64,000 bases of DNA, from positions 16,207 to 80,206 of the forward strand of contig JBAYJP010000001.1 of the NCBI GenBank assembly GCA_041665025.1, written 5' to 3'. Positions 1 to 10,552 of this stretch are shown here, piece after piece. Below the pieces are notes generated by a model. It was not told the origin of the DNA. It did no database searches and saw only the letters and a program-made list of their open reading frames with translations. The stretch is from Candidatus Magasanikiibacteriota bacterium. Its GTDB lineage: Bacteria; Patescibacteriota; Patescibacteriia; Magasanikbacterales; UBA922. Numbering within the stretch: position 1 is the stretch's first letter; each line of letters begins with the position of its first letter. Position numbers and translations under genes: made by a program.

Positions 1-961
1 GGTTAGTATGCCTGCATTTGATAATAATGATTTTTCTGGAGGAATAGATTCGAAAACGTATCAAACATATATTTCTGACCAAAATTTACCTTTGTTTAAT
101 CGTTCGATTGGTGGTACCTATCCATCTGGTTCAGTCATAAAACCTGCAATGGCATCTGCGGCTTTGCAAGAAAAAATTATCACGCCTACGACCTCATTTT
201 TAAGCAATGGCGGATTGAGAATCGGTGCATGGTTTTTTCCTGACTGGCTTGCCGGTGGCCATGGCATGACTAATGTGCGGAAATCGTTGGCATGGTCAGT
301 TAATACTTTTTATTATTATATTGGCGGGGGATACGGAGATTTTGTAGGATTAGGGGTTGAACGTATTGCTGAATATTTAAAGAGATTTGGGTTTTCCGCA
401 AAAACAGGTATTGATATTCCCGGAGAGGTAGAAGGGTTTTTGCCGAGTATGGAGTGGAAAAAGAAGACAAAAGGGGAACAATGGTATGTTGGAGATACAT
501 ATAATTTATCAATTGGACAGGGCGATTTTTTGACGACGCCCTTGCAGATTGCGATGATGACTTCGGTTGTCGCAAATGGTGGCACTTTGTACCAGCCCCG
601 CATGATAAAAGAAATTATAAATCCTGAAACAAATAAAAAGACTGAGGTTGAAACAAAAATTATCCGGTCCGAGGTAGTGGACCCTCTATATTTACAGACA
701 GTACGAGCAGGAATGAATGACTGCGTTATTTTGGGATCTTGTTGGATGCTCCGTAGTTTGCCTTTTTCCTCTGGAGGAAAGACAGGGACAGCCCAGTGGA
801 GCAGTAACAAAGATACCCATGCGTGGTTTACATCTTTTGCCCCTCTTGAGAATGCTCAAATTGTGGTCACTATCCTAGTTGAAGAAGGCGGTGAAGGGAG
901 CCTTACCGCAGAACCCATTGCTGCCGAATTTTATCAATGGTGGTCAACATATAAAAAATAA
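1..961 (+). CDS. mrdA: Penicillin-binding protein 2, transpeptidase domain (5'-partial, starts before the window)
   Basis: SxxK (GSVIKP), SxN (SVNT) and KTG (GKTGTAQ) motifs; SIGQG and HAWF motifs typical of PBP2. Confidence 0.9.
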   Translation, partial: VSMPAFDNNDFSGGIDSKTYQTYISDQNLPLFNRSIGGTYPSGSVIKPAMASAALQEKIITPTTSFLSNGGLRIGAWFFPDWLAGGHGMTNVRKSLAWSVNTFYYYIGGGYGDFVGLGVERIAEYLKRFGFSAKTGIDIPGEVEGFLPSMEWKKKTKGEQWYVGDTYNLSIGQGDFLTTPLQIAMMTSVVANGGTLYQPRMIKEIINPETNKKTEVETKIIRSEVVDPLYLQTVRAGMNDCVILGSCWMLRSLPFSSGGKTGTAQWSSNKDTHAWFTSFAPLENAQIVVTILVEEGGEGSLTAEPIAAEFYQWWSTYKK

Positions 962-993
962 TGATGGCTGTGGGTATGTGTGGATAAAGCTAT

Positions 994-1021
994 TTGACCT
1001 CGCGAGTGCGTGTGTTATACT
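994..1021 (+). promoter_or_regulatory. Sigma70-type promoter upstream of greA
   Basis: TTGACC-16 nt-TATACT with a TGn extended -10. Confidence 0.5.
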
Positions 1022-1077
1022 GTTTTCAACCGCTTCACGCGGGGTTATTTTTTTACTCCAATATAGGATAAAGCACT

Positions 1078-1545
1078 ATGGAAGACGATACACAAATTCA
1101 ATACATGACTCAAGAAAAAATTGACAACCTCAATGAAGAACTTGTTAATTTGAAAAACAATAAGATACCGGCACTTGCAAACAGAATTGATGAAGCCCGG
1201 CAAATGGGTGATTTGTCTGAAAATGCGGAATACCATGCCGCACGCGAAGATATGGCATGGGCGCAAAGCAGAGTTCAGGAAATTCAATATATTCTCGAAA
1301 ATGCTGTGGTTATTACTGACGACCACACGTCTGTGATACAAGTTGGTTCATCTATACGTGTTAGGTCAAATGGTATTGAAAAAGAATATAAAATTGTAGG
1401 TGCACAAGAAGCTGACCCTATTGCGGGAAAGATATCAAACGAGTCACCGCTCGGTAGTTCTTTTTTGGGAAAAAAGAAGGGGGATAAGGTTCAGGTCAAA
1501 TTGCCTTCAGGGATCCAAGAATATAAGATTATTGAAGTAAAATAA
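1078..1545 (+). CDS. greA: Transcription elongation factor GreA
   Basis: GDLSENAEYHAA and ISNESPLGS motifs. Confidence 0.95.
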   Translation: MEDDTQIQYMTQEKIDNLNEELVNLKNNKIPALANRIDEARQMGDLSENAEYHAAREDMAWAQSRVQEIQYILENAVVITDDHTSVIQVGSSIRVRSNGIEKEYKIVGAQEADPIAGKISNESPLGSSFLGKKKGDKVQVKLPSGIQEYKIIEVK

Positions 1546-1562
1546 GCCAAAATATATTAGAC

Positions 1563-1593
1563 ATGCCCCCGTATAGGGGGTATTTGTATTTTT
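1563..1593 (+). terminator. Intrinsic terminator after greA
   Basis: ATGCCCCC-GTATA-GGGGGTAT hairpin followed by T-rich sequence. Confidence 0.55.
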
Positions 1594-1685
1594 TACACTA
1601 TTTTGGTACAATAAATAAGCATATTAAGCCATTTTTTGAACATATGTTTTTTTGCTTTATTCTAATTTTTTTATAGAATAAATTT

Positions 1686-3779
1686 ATGGAAAAAGAATCT
1701 ACAAACATCCATGATGAGCGTATTATCCGCATTGAAAAACTCAATGAGCTTAAAGCAATGGATATAAACCCCTATCCAGCACGTTGTAGACGTACACATA
1801 CTCTTGCACAGGCACGGGACATAGGCGAAGGAGAACAGGCTGTGATTGTTGGTCGAATTATGACCAAACGTACCATGGGTAAAATTATTTTCTGTCATCT
1901 CCAAGACGAAAGCGGTCGTCTGCAAGTGGTCATCAAGTCAGATGTCATTGACACAGATAGTTTTACTTTATTTGAAAAAAAAATTGATTCAGCAGATATT
2001 ATTTCAGTTGAAGGAGAACGTTTTACAACTCAAAAAGGTGAGCCATCTATTTTAGCTAAAAAATGGTTTTTGCTCTCCAAGTCTCTCCTTCCATTACCAG
2101 ATAAGTTTCACGGTCTCAGCGACGAAGAAACTCGTTATCGAAAGCGCTATCTTGATTTTTTGGTTAATGTTGAACAGAGAGAAAAAATAGTAGTGAGATC
2201 AAAAATTCTCCGTTTTATACGTACATTTTTGGAAGAAAAGGGATTTGTTGAAGTTGAAACTCCGGTTCTTGAAACTATTGCCTCAGGTGCTATGGCACGC
2301 ACATTTGATACACATCTCAATGCATATGATTTGGATGTCCATTTGCGCATATGCATGGGAGAGCTTTGGCAAAAACGGTTGCTTGTTGGTGGATTTGAAA
2401 AAACATTTGAAATGGGAAGGGCTTTTCGTAACGAGGGTGTAGATCATCAGCACAATCCTGAATTCACTATGCTTGAATATTATTGGGCGTATGCTGATTA
2501 TGAAGATAACATGAAACTACATGAAGAAATGATTCCTTATATTATTGATAAAGCAATTGGAAAATTAGAAGTTGAAGTTGATGGACATCTCATTAATTTT
2601 AAGCCACCTTATCCGCGTGTGACATTTCATGACGCGGTGCTTGAACATTCAGGAATTGATATTGATGCTTATGAAGATCCAAAAGAATTGAGAGAAGTAA
2701 TGGTAAAAAAAGGATATGATCCTGAAAATATTACTGAACGAGGAAAATTATTAGATAATTTATATAAGCAATCAGCTCGTCCAAAGATTATACAACCTAC
2801 ATTTGTTTTGAATTATCCTGTTGAATTAAAACCTCTCGCAAAACTTTCTTTAAATCCGCACTACACGGAGATGTTTCAACTAATTGTGAATGGTTTTGAA
2901 TTGAGTAATTCATATACTGAATTAAATGATCCTCTCGATCAACGTAAGCGTTTTGAAGGCCAGACAAAAAATAAACAGCAAGGTGATGAAGAGGCAATGG
3001 AGAATGACTGGGATTATGTCGAGGCGCTTGAACATGGAATGCCACCGGCAACAGGAACAGGAATTGGTATTGATCGTTTTGCTGCACTCATCACAGGATC
3101 ACATACCTTGCGCGAAGTTACCGCTTTTCCCATCATGAAGCCGGCACCTCAAGAAATAAACAGTAATGAAACAAAACAAGTCAAAAATGATGTCAATGAA
3201 GAGCTTCCTGTGACACGAGACGAAGCATTGAGTCTCATAAAAAAATATACGAAAAAAGAAGCTAATTTAAATCATTACCTTGAATCTGAAGCAGTTATGA
3301 GAGCGTTGGCTCGGCATCTTGGGCGTAATGAAGACTATTGGGGCATGCTCGGGCTTTTGCATGATATCGATTGGGAAATTACTGAACACGACTCAACCCA
3401 ACACCTTACTAAGGCTCCTGATTTATTGCGTGAAATGAAATTTGACGAAGATTTTATTAATATCATTTTGTCGCATGGGTATGGCTTTGAATGTGCAGGC
3501 TTAAAAGATAAAAAAAGGACACAAGAACTAGAACATGCTCTTGCGTGTAGTGAGACAGTGACGGGCCTTATTTATGCGACCGCCCTTATGCGTCCGGAAA
3601 AAATAAATGGTCTTGAAGTTTCTTCGGTAAAGAAAAAATTTAAAGATAAAAAATTTGCAGCCAATGTTTCTCGGGAAGTAATTCTTGAATGTGAAAAAAT
3701 TGGGTTAACACTCGATAATTTTTTACAGATAGCGATCGACGCCATGAAAAAAATTGCTCCAAAAATAGGTTTAATTTAA
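1686..3779 (+). CDS. lysS: Class II lysyl-tRNA synthetase fused to a C-terminal HD-domain protein
   Basis: RYRKRYLD, FRNEGVDHQHNPEFT and GMPPATGTGIGIDR motifs; extra C-terminal ~190 aa with LLHDIDWE and KFKDKKFAA. Confidence 0.93.
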   Translation: MEKESTNIHDERIIRIEKLNELKAMDINPYPARCRRTHTLAQARDIGEGEQAVIVGRIMTKRTMGKIIFCHLQDESGRLQVVIKSDVIDTDSFTLFEKKIDSADIISVEGERFTTQKGEPSILAKKWFLLSKSLLPLPDKFHGLSDEETRYRKRYLDFLVNVEQREKIVVRSKILRFIRTFLEEKGFVEVETPVLETIASGAMARTFDTHLNAYDLDVHLRICMGELWQKRLLVGGFEKTFEMGRAFRNEGVDHQHNPEFTMLEYYWAYADYEDNMKLHEEMIPYIIDKAIGKLEVEVDGHLINFKPPYPRVTFHDAVLEHSGIDIDAYEDPKELREVMVKKGYDPENITERGKLLDNLYKQSARPKIIQPTFVLNYPVELKPLAKLSLNPHYTEMFQLIVNGFELSNSYTELNDPLDQRKRFEGQTKNKQQGDEEAMENDWDYVEALEHGMPPATGTGIGIDRFAALITGSHTLREVTAFPIMKPAPQEINSNETKQVKNDVNEELPVTRDEALSLIKKYTKKEANLNHYLESEAVMRALARHLGRNEDYWGMLGLLHDIDWEITEHDSTQHLTKAPDLLREMKFDEDFINIILSHGYGFECAGLKDKKRTQELEHALACSETVTGLIYATALMRPEKINGLEVSSVKKKFKDKKFAANVSREVILECEKIGLTLDNFLQIAIDAMKKIAPKIGLI

Positions 3780-3863
3780 ATAATTTAATTATTGTTGTAG
3801 CGCACATGTGTGGTAGAAAAAATTTTTCGCCGTCTCATCTGCGTCTCGGATTGCAAAAGACAT

Positions 3864-4283
3864 ATGAAAAAAGTAATGTTATTCGGCACGTTTGATATTG
3901 TACATGCGGGACATATTCATATGTTCAGACAAGCGCGAGAGTATGGTGACTACTTAGTTGTGTCTGTTGCACGCGACATAAATGCAGAAAAAGTAAAAGG
4001 GGAAGCTCCTTTGCATAATGAACAAGAACGTTTGGAGTTTTTAAAACATATTGATTTGATTGACGAGGTAGTTTTGGGGGCTATCGAAGATCCTTATCAT
4101 CATATTAGTATCGTGCGTCCTCATGTCATTGCACTGGGGTATGACCAAAAGACGTATGTAGATAATCTTGCAAATGCATTGACTCAGTATGGTATTGAAG
4201 CTGAAATTGTGAGGCTTCGCCCGTATGAAGAACAGAGGTTTAAAAGTAGCAAATTAAAAAAATACATGGAACGAATCGTCTAA
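3864..4283 (+). CDS. Cytidylyltransferase-family nucleotidyltransferase (RibL/TagD-like)
   Basis: GTFDIVHAGH (HxGH) motif and IALGYDQ; ATG at 3864. Confidence 0.8.
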   Translation: MKKVMLFGTFDIVHAGHIHMFRQAREYGDYLVVSVARDINAEKVKGEAPLHNEQERLEFLKHIDLIDEVVLGAIEDPYHHISIVRPHVIALGYDQKTYVDNLANALTQYGIEAEIVRLRPYEEQRFKSSKLKKYMERIV

Positions 4284-4284
4284 T

Positions 4285-5319
4285 ATGAAAAAGACTAAAC
4301 TGCTTATTGCAACAACTAATCAGCATAAATTTAAAGAGTTTTCCTACGTGCTTGGTTCATTTCCTTTTGTACAGCTCGTTGGACTAAAAGACTTAAAAAA
4401 GAAGATGATCGAACCAGAAGAGACAGGCAAAACGTTAAGTGAAAATGCATTTATTAAAGCGGAGTACTATGCACAAAAAACCGGTTTAATTACGTTAGCA
4501 GACGATACGGGCATATTTATTGATACACTAGGAGGATGGCCGGGTGTTACCAGTGCTCGGATAGGGTCAACTGATGAAGAACGCCGCGGTATCGTTCTTG
4601 GCAGAATGAAAGGAAAGAAAAATAGAAAAGCTCATTTTAGATGTACTCTGGTATTGTATGATCCTCAATCAGGTACTTCTTTTATCGCACATGGTGAAAA
4701 AGAGGGGAGAGTCACTGAAAAACCTGTAGGAAATAAGTTTACTTTTGATTCAATATTTTTTATACCTGAAAAAAGAAAAACATACGCAGAAATGAATCTG
4801 GATGAAAAAAATGCAATTAGTCATAGAGGCAAAGCATTAACAAAAGTTAAATATTATTTACAGAATCAATATGGTACAAAACATATTGTCGTCCCGTTTG
4901 GCTTGGTGATAAAAAATGGAAAAATTTTACTTCTAAAAAGAAATGATCCTCATCGTCCTGCGTATCATGGTAAGTGGGAATTTCCTGGCGGTAGCGTTGA
5001 GTACGGCGAGGCAATACATGACAACGTAGTGCGTGAAGTTCATGAAGAAACGGGATACAAAGTTCAGGTAGTCAAAATGCTTCAGCATATCGCGACCGAC
5101 AAACAATCATATCCCACATACAAATATCAAGTCTATCTAATTCCACATGTGTGCAAAATTGTTGGGGGAAAAGGTAACCCATCAGATTCCGAAAATCTTG
5201 GTCAAAAATTTGTCGATTTGGATAAAGTATCGACATATGATTTGATTGGGAATGACAAAAAAATGTTTAAAAAGTTTTTGCCGGAGTTGAAAAAGATTGT
5301 CAATTTAAATAAAAAATGA
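4285..5319 (+). CDS. rdgB: RdgB/HAM1 non-canonical purine NTP pyrophosphatase fused to a Nudix hydrolase
   Basis: ATTNQHK, ADDTG and KNAISHRGKA motifs, then Nudix box GGSVEYGEAIHDNVVREVHEETG. Confidence 0.88.
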   Translation: MKKTKLLIATTNQHKFKEFSYVLGSFPFVQLVGLKDLKKKMIEPEETGKTLSENAFIKAEYYAQKTGLITLADDTGIFIDTLGGWPGVTSARIGSTDEERRGIVLGRMKGKKNRKAHFRCTLVLYDPQSGTSFIAHGEKEGRVTEKPVGNKFTFDSIFFIPEKRKTYAEMNLDEKNAISHRGKALTKVKYYLQNQYGTKHIVVPFGLVIKNGKILLLKRNDPHRPAYHGKWEFPGGSVEYGEAIHDNVVREVHEETGYKVQVVKMLQHIATDKQSYPTYKYQVYLIPHVCKIVGGKGNPSDSENLGQKFVDLDKVSTYDLIGNDKKMFKKFLPELKKIVNLNKK

Positions 5320-5323
5320 GGAT

Positions 5324-5725
5324 ATGAAAAATATAATTTATAAAAAAATTCAAAACTTTCTTTTATGGTTATTAGGATTAATTGATATCGGGAGCCTAAT
5401 AGTATTTATCGATTCACAAAAATTTATAGACAAAACAGAAGTGAAAGAAGTCTGGTTATTATATTTATTAGTATTTGGTGTTCTAATTCCATTTTTGGGT
5501 ATTTGTTTAATAGCTTCATATTTTTTACTGAGAAGTAAACAAAACACAAGGCAAAAATTAGGAAAAAATATCGGGGTGGTAGTTTCTGGCATATATATTG
5601 TTTTTTTAATTTTTGCAATGATTTATTATGAATTAATTGGTTTAACTGTTATTTTGCAAATTTTTGCTTATACAACTCTAATTGTGTTGCTGCTAAAAAA
5701 TAAATTTACTGTTATTAAAAATTAA
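5324..5725 (+). CDS. Hypothetical membrane protein (about 4 TM, very AT-rich)
   Basis: Uninterrupted ORF packed tightly between rdgB and serS; hydrophobic segments. Confidence 0.6.
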   Translation: MKNIIYKKIQNFLLWLLGLIDIGSLIVFIDSQKFIDKTEVKEVWLLYLLVFGVLIPFLGICLIASYFLLRSKQNTRQKLGKNIGVVVSGIYIVFLIFAMIYYELIGLTVILQIFAYTTLIVLLLKNKFTVIKN

Positions 5726-5733
5726 TTCTTTAT

Positions 5734-6969
5734 ATGCTTGACATCAAACTTATCCGTGAAAATACAGATGAAGTTAAACAAAATTGTATAAATAGGAATG
5801 TAAAAGTCAATATTGACCAATTGTTACAATTGGACGAAGAGCGTAGAGATTTTCGTCAACAGGTCGATGATTTACGTGCAGAACGAAATAGAAAATCAAA
5901 AGGTAAACCGACAGAAGACGAAATAGTTCGTATGCGCGAAGTGGGGGATAAGATTAAACAACTAGAAGATCGTTTGCTTGAAATTGAAGACGCACACAGC
6001 GCATTACTTTTGCAGGTACCAAATATGACGCACGGGGAATCTCCTATTGGTGGTGAAGAAGATTTTAAAGTGGTAGAAGAGTGCGGGAACATACCTCAAT
6101 TTGATTTTGAGCCTAAGGACCACGAGGAACTCATGCTCGAACATGATTTAATTGATTTTGAAAGAGGCGCGAAGGTGACAGGAAGCAAATTTTATTTTGT
6201 AAAAAATGACATGGTAAGAATGAACCAGGCGCTAATCAACTACGGGCTTGACGTGGTCACTGCACATGGATTTACTATGGTTGAAACACCGGATCTTGCA
6301 AAACATGAAATCCTTCTTGGCGCAGGATTTAATCCGCGAGGAACAGAAAAACAGATTTATAACATTGTTGAGGAAGAATTGAGCTTGGTTGGTACTGCGG
6401 AAATCACCATGCTCGGCTACCACGCAAATGAGGTTTTGGATTTTAGTAATGGATCAAAAAAATATGTTGCCTTGTCACATTGTTTCCGAACCGAAGCGGG
6501 TTCATATGGCCGGACAAGCAAAGGATTGTATCGTGTTCATCAATTTACCAAATTGGAAATGTTTATCTTTTGTAAGCCCGAAGATAGTGAAAAACATCAT
6601 CAAGAACTATTATCCATTGAAAAAGAAATTTGTGACGGGCTTGAACTACCCTATCGTGTCATCGATATTGCGTCGGGTGATTTAGGCGGACCCGCGTATC
6701 GAAAATACGATATCGAAGCTTGGATGGTCATGAACCAAGGATATGGTGAGATTACGAGTACGAGCAACTGCACAGATTATCAGGCACGACGTCTAAATAT
6801 TAGATATAAGAAAGAGGATGGAACTTTGGACTTTGTTCATACACTCAATGGTACTGCGGTAGTACTCAGTCGTTTTCCTATTGCGATTATTGAAAATTAT
6901 CAGCAGAAAGATGGAAGTATAAAAGTACCAGAGGTATTGAAGAAATGGTTGGGAAAAGAAAAAATTTAG
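5734..6969 (+). CDS. serS: Seryl-tRNA synthetase
   Basis: MLDIKLIRE start; GTAE, FRTEAGS, GLYRVHQF, SNCTDYQARR and HTLNGT motifs. Confidence 0.97.
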   Translation: MLDIKLIRENTDEVKQNCINRNVKVNIDQLLQLDEERRDFRQQVDDLRAERNRKSKGKPTEDEIVRMREVGDKIKQLEDRLLEIEDAHSALLLQVPNMTHGESPIGGEEDFKVVEECGNIPQFDFEPKDHEELMLEHDLIDFERGAKVTGSKFYFVKNDMVRMNQALINYGLDVVTAHGFTMVETPDLAKHEILLGAGFNPRGTEKQIYNIVEEELSLVGTAEITMLGYHANEVLDFSNGSKKYVALSHCFRTEAGSYGRTSKGLYRVHQFTKLEMFIFCKPEDSEKHHQELLSIEKEICDGLELPYRVIDIASGDLGGPAYRKYDIEAWMVMNQGYGEITSTSNCTDYQARRLNIRYKKEDGTLDFVHTLNGTAVVLSRFPIAIIENYQQKDGSIKVPEVLKKWLGKEKI

Positions 6970-6970
6970 T

Positions 6971-7687
6971 ATGAAAGAAAGCCTGATTATCCTCCCCGGT
7001 TGGGGAGGGACAAAAGAAACATGGCAAAAATTTGTTGATATTGCACAACAAGATTTTGATGTACATGTAATTAATTTACCATGTTTTGGCGACGAACCAT
7101 GCCCAGAGGAAGTGTGGGGAGTAGAGCAATATGCTGACTTTGTAAAAAACAAACTCTCCGAACTCCGAACTCCGAACTCCGAACTAATACTGTTAGGCCA
7201 TAGTTTTGGCGGGGCTGTCGCTCTACAGTGTGCAGTTTCAAATCCAGACATGTTTTCAAAATTGATTCTAAGCGGAGCAGCTATATTTAGACCAGAACGA
7301 ACGATACGTAAAATTTTTTTTAAATCGATCGCTCGAGCAGGTATGTATCTATTCAAACTTCCTTTTCTAGAAAAATTTGATTCATTTGCAAAAAAGTTAT
7401 TATACACAGTTGCACATTCTGATTACAATGAAACATCTGGCATAAAGAGAGACATTTTTAAAAAAATTATTGAACAAGATAGGGGAGAGCTTTTACCTCA
7501 AGTCAACATACCTACTCTCCTTGTCCATGGGACGCTTGATACGTATGTCCCTGTGGCGTATGCACGTAGAGCTACAAAATTAATTCCCGACGCAAAATTA
7601 GAAATAATTGACAGGGGAAAACATGGTTTGCATATCCAACAACCTGAACATTTTTATACAGTTATTAAACAATTTGCTGAAAGTTAG
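6971..7687 (+). CDS. Alpha/beta hydrolase
   Basis: LPGWGG oxyanion loop, GHSFGG nucleophile elbow, GTLD and KHGLH. Confidence 0.85.
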   Translation: MKESLIILPGWGGTKETWQKFVDIAQQDFDVHVINLPCFGDEPCPEEVWGVEQYADFVKNKLSELRTPNSELILLGHSFGGAVALQCAVSNPDMFSKLILSGAAIFRPERTIRKIFFKSIARAGMYLFKLPFLEKFDSFAKKLLYTVAHSDYNETSGIKRDIFKKIIEQDRGELLPQVNIPTLLVHGTLDTYVPVAYARRATKLIPDAKLEIIDRGKHGLHIQQPEHFYTVIKQFAES

Positions 7688-7690
7688 TAT

Positions 7691-9292
7691 ATGGTTTCAT
7701 CTCTAAACATCACCATTGCTTTTTTTTGGGTCTTAAGCGCTTTTATAGACTACAGCAATCTTTGTTATGTCTGGCAATTGAAATGGTATCGCGTAGATCG
7801 ATTCAAAGATTTTCTTTCGACGGAACAAGGAAAAAGATTTGCCTTTAGCTATACTATTTTTTGGAGATCAGTAGCAATATTTTTTTTCTTCCTTCTACCT
7901 TTTGACAGCGTTCCCACATTTAAGTGGATACTCCTGTTTTTTTATATCATTGATTTTATCCATACATGTCTTGGTCTGTATAGGAGAAAGATAAAACATC
8001 CTACATTTAGCCTGAAGGCAATACTTATTGTCGCGGTTTCCATGATTGTCGAAGCATCCTGGCTCTTATATTCACGTGATTGGTACGTTTTACTTTTTGC
8101 TTTGATATTACGTTTTTTCATCATAGCTATTGTCGTCTTTGTCTTAAATACACTTACTAACCTTATTAAAAAATATTTCTTTTACAGAGCAGAAAAAAAA
8201 TTAAGACACTTCCCAGGTTTGACTGTTATTGGAATTACCGGGAGCTACGGGAAAACGACCGTAAAAGAATTCTTATATCAGATACTTTCGACAAAATTTA
8301 AGGTAGTACGAACTCCAAAAAACGTAAATAGTGATATTGGTATTAGCCGTTTTATTTTATCTACAGATTTTGAAGGTGTTGATGTTTTTATTGTCGAGAT
8401 AGGTGCGTATGCTCGCGGTGACGTACAGCTTGTGTGCGATATTATTCATCCAAAAATCGGCATCCTTACCGCAATCAATGCTCAGCATCTAAGCTTATTT
8501 GGGTCCCTCAAAAATATTCAGGATACAAAATATGAACTTTTACGATCACTGCCAAGAGACGGTTTAGCCATCACCAATTCGGATAATCCATATTGCATAG
8601 AATATATTCATGAGTTGGATTGCAGAGTTGAAACGTTTGGTACAGAAGAAGAAAACAACCCGACCTGTCTTATTACAGACATTCATACAGGACCGCAAGG
8701 CGTGGGAGGTACCGTAAGGTTTAGAAAAGGTAGCGAAATTATAGAAGGGTCAGTTGAAACACATCTTGTTGGTGAACATAATGCGTTAAATGTTGCACCG
8801 TGTTTGTTAGTTGCATCTTTTTTAGGCATGCATCGTAAAGAAAATATGGAAGCTGTCAGAAATCTTAAAAATCCAGAAAATATGCTCCGTATCTATTCAT
8901 ATGGTAGTACGACGATAATTGATGACAGTTACAATTCAAATCCAGATGGTTTCCGCGCGGCATTATTTATACTTTCAAAATATCCCTCACATCGCCGTAG
9001 AATAGTTGTTACTCGAGGAATGCTTGAACTTGGAGATTTAAGCAATGAACTGCATAGACAAATAGGAGGAGAAATCGCATTTATTGGTGATGAATTAGTT
9101 ATTATTACGCCTGACTTCATAGAGCCATTAACGCAAGGTGTTGGTACAAAATACAATACAGAGATTACCATAAAAACAAATCCTGAAAAGCTTGTTGAAT
9201 ACATGAAGAAGTTTAAATCTACAGATAGTGTAATCTTGTTGGAAAATAGAATTCCTGCTGTGTTTAAAAAAGAGTTAGACCAAAAAATGTAA
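7691..9292 (+). CDS. murF: MurF-like Mur ligase with an N-terminal membrane region
   Basis: GITGSYGKTTVKE P-loop; DDSYNSNP and GMLELG motifs. Confidence 0.85.
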   Translation: MVSSLNITIAFFWVLSAFIDYSNLCYVWQLKWYRVDRFKDFLSTEQGKRFAFSYTIFWRSVAIFFFFLLPFDSVPTFKWILLFFYIIDFIHTCLGLYRRKIKHPTFSLKAILIVAVSMIVEASWLLYSRDWYVLLFALILRFFIIAIVVFVLNTLTNLIKKYFFYRAEKKLRHFPGLTVIGITGSYGKTTVKEFLYQILSTKFKVVRTPKNVNSDIGISRFILSTDFEGVDVFIVEIGAYARGDVQLVCDIIHPKIGILTAINAQHLSLFGSLKNIQDTKYELLRSLPRDGLAITNSDNPYCIEYIHELDCRVETFGTEEENNPTCLITDIHTGPQGVGGTVRFRKGSEIIEGSVETHLVGEHNALNVAPCLLVASFLGMHRKENMEAVRNLKNPENMLRIYSYGSTTIIDDSYNSNPDGFRAALFILSKYPSHRRRIVVTRGMLELGDLSNELHRQIGGEIAFIGDELVIITPDFIEPLTQGVGTKYNTEITIKTNPEKLVEYMKKFKSTDSVILLENRIPAVFKKELDQKM

Positions 9293-9322
9293 TCCTGTAA
9301 TTTATCAAGTATAACTAATCCC

Positions 9323-10552
9323 ATGATTTTTACCGGTTTTCAACCTAACGCGACCAAAAAGGATCTGAGTATTGCCCTCTCCTTTTTATTATTACCGTGG
9401 AAATGGTTTCTTTTACGCAAAGGCATAGCTACTTTACAGGTAGAGGAATGGCTACAAAAATATTTTTTAGTTCCGTATGCAGTAACATTTGATAGCGGAC
9501 GCACCGCACTTCAAAAATCTCTTGAGGCGTTAGAGATAGAAAAAGGAGATGAGGTCCTGGTACAGGCTTATACGTGTATGGTAGTAAGTAATGCCATACA
9601 TTTTGCCATGGGCACCCCCGTATATGTAGATATATTGCATGACTATACAATGGATCCAGAAGATTTAAAAAATAAAATTACCTCAAAAAGTAAAGTACTT
9701 ATTATTCAACATACTTTTGGCCAGGCGGCCCATGTAGACAAATTAGTTGCCATTGCACAGGAGCACGGACTCAAGATAATTGAGGATTGTGCTCATTCGT
9801 TGGGAGCTACCTATAAAGGAAAACTTACGGGGACTTTTGGTGATATTGGCATGTTTAGTTTTGGTAGTGATAAAGTGATTTCATGTATACGCGGTGGCGC
9901 TACAATAACATCTGACTCCTCATTGGGTGAAAAATTACAAAAGCTTTCTGACGGGCTTCCTCTGACAAGACGTTTGAAAGTTATCCAGTATTTGATTACT
10001 ATTCCATTTTTCGCCGCTGGGAAGCCTCTATATAAATTTGGCGGAAAGATTTTTCTTGCTGTATGCAAGTATTTAAATGTCACGGGACGCATCATGTACG
10101 AAAAAGAGAAGAGGGGAGAGAGTGTAAAAGGTTATCCCTCAAAATTGCCTCAGGCACTTGCTGTCTTGCTTTTATCTCAATTGGATAGTTTAAAATCTTT
10201 CAATGAACATAGGAAAAGTATTGCGCATATCTTTTTTTCGCATGTTATGCATAAAAAAGTTCTTCCTGAGGATTATCCTGAACATATATTTTTACGGTTT
10301 CCTTTACAAGTTTCTAACATCAAAGAGTTGCACCGTGAGTCAAAAAGACGAGGAATTTTGCTCGGCAATTGGTATGATACCGTGATTGCACCAAAAGATT
10401 GCGATATTTCAAAGTCTGGTTATATTTTGGGGTCATGCCCGAGAGCTGAAAAGATGTCCTCAAATTCAATTAATTTGCCCACAGATATCCACATAACAGA
10501 AAAAGATGCTCTATATATCTCAAATTTTATAAATACGTATGCCCGTTTTTGA
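9323..10552 (+). CDS. DegT/DnrJ/EryC1/StrS-family PLP enzyme
   Basis: SGRTAL, QHTFG, IIEDCAHSLG and FSFGSDK motifs. Confidence 0.85.
   Translation: MIFTGFQPNATKKDLSIALSFLLLPWKWFLLRKGIATLQVEEWLQKYFLVPYAVTFDSGRTALQKSLEALEIEKGDEVLVQAYTCMVVSNAIHFAMGTPVYVDILHDYTMDPEDLKNKITSKSKVLIIQHTFGQAAHVDKLVAIAQEHGLKIIEDCAHSLGATYKGKLTGTFGDIGMFSFGSDKVISCIRGGATITSDSSLGEKLQKLSDGLPLTRRLKVIQYLITIPFFAAGKPLYKFGGKIFLAVCKYLNVTGRIMYEKEKRGESVKGYPSKLPQALAVLLLSQLDSLKSFNEHRKSIAHIFFSHVMHKKVLPEDYPEHIFLRFPLQVSNIKELHRESKRRGILLGNWYDTVIAPKDCDISKSGYILGSCPRAEKMSSNSINLPTDIHITEKDALYISNFINTYARF

Noticed and set aside
979-987. DnaA boxes (TGTGGATAA here, and near 27630 and 40688) as oriC
   Set aside because: They are isolated single boxes, there is no dnaA/dnaN, and gene orientation converges in this window as expected for a terminus.
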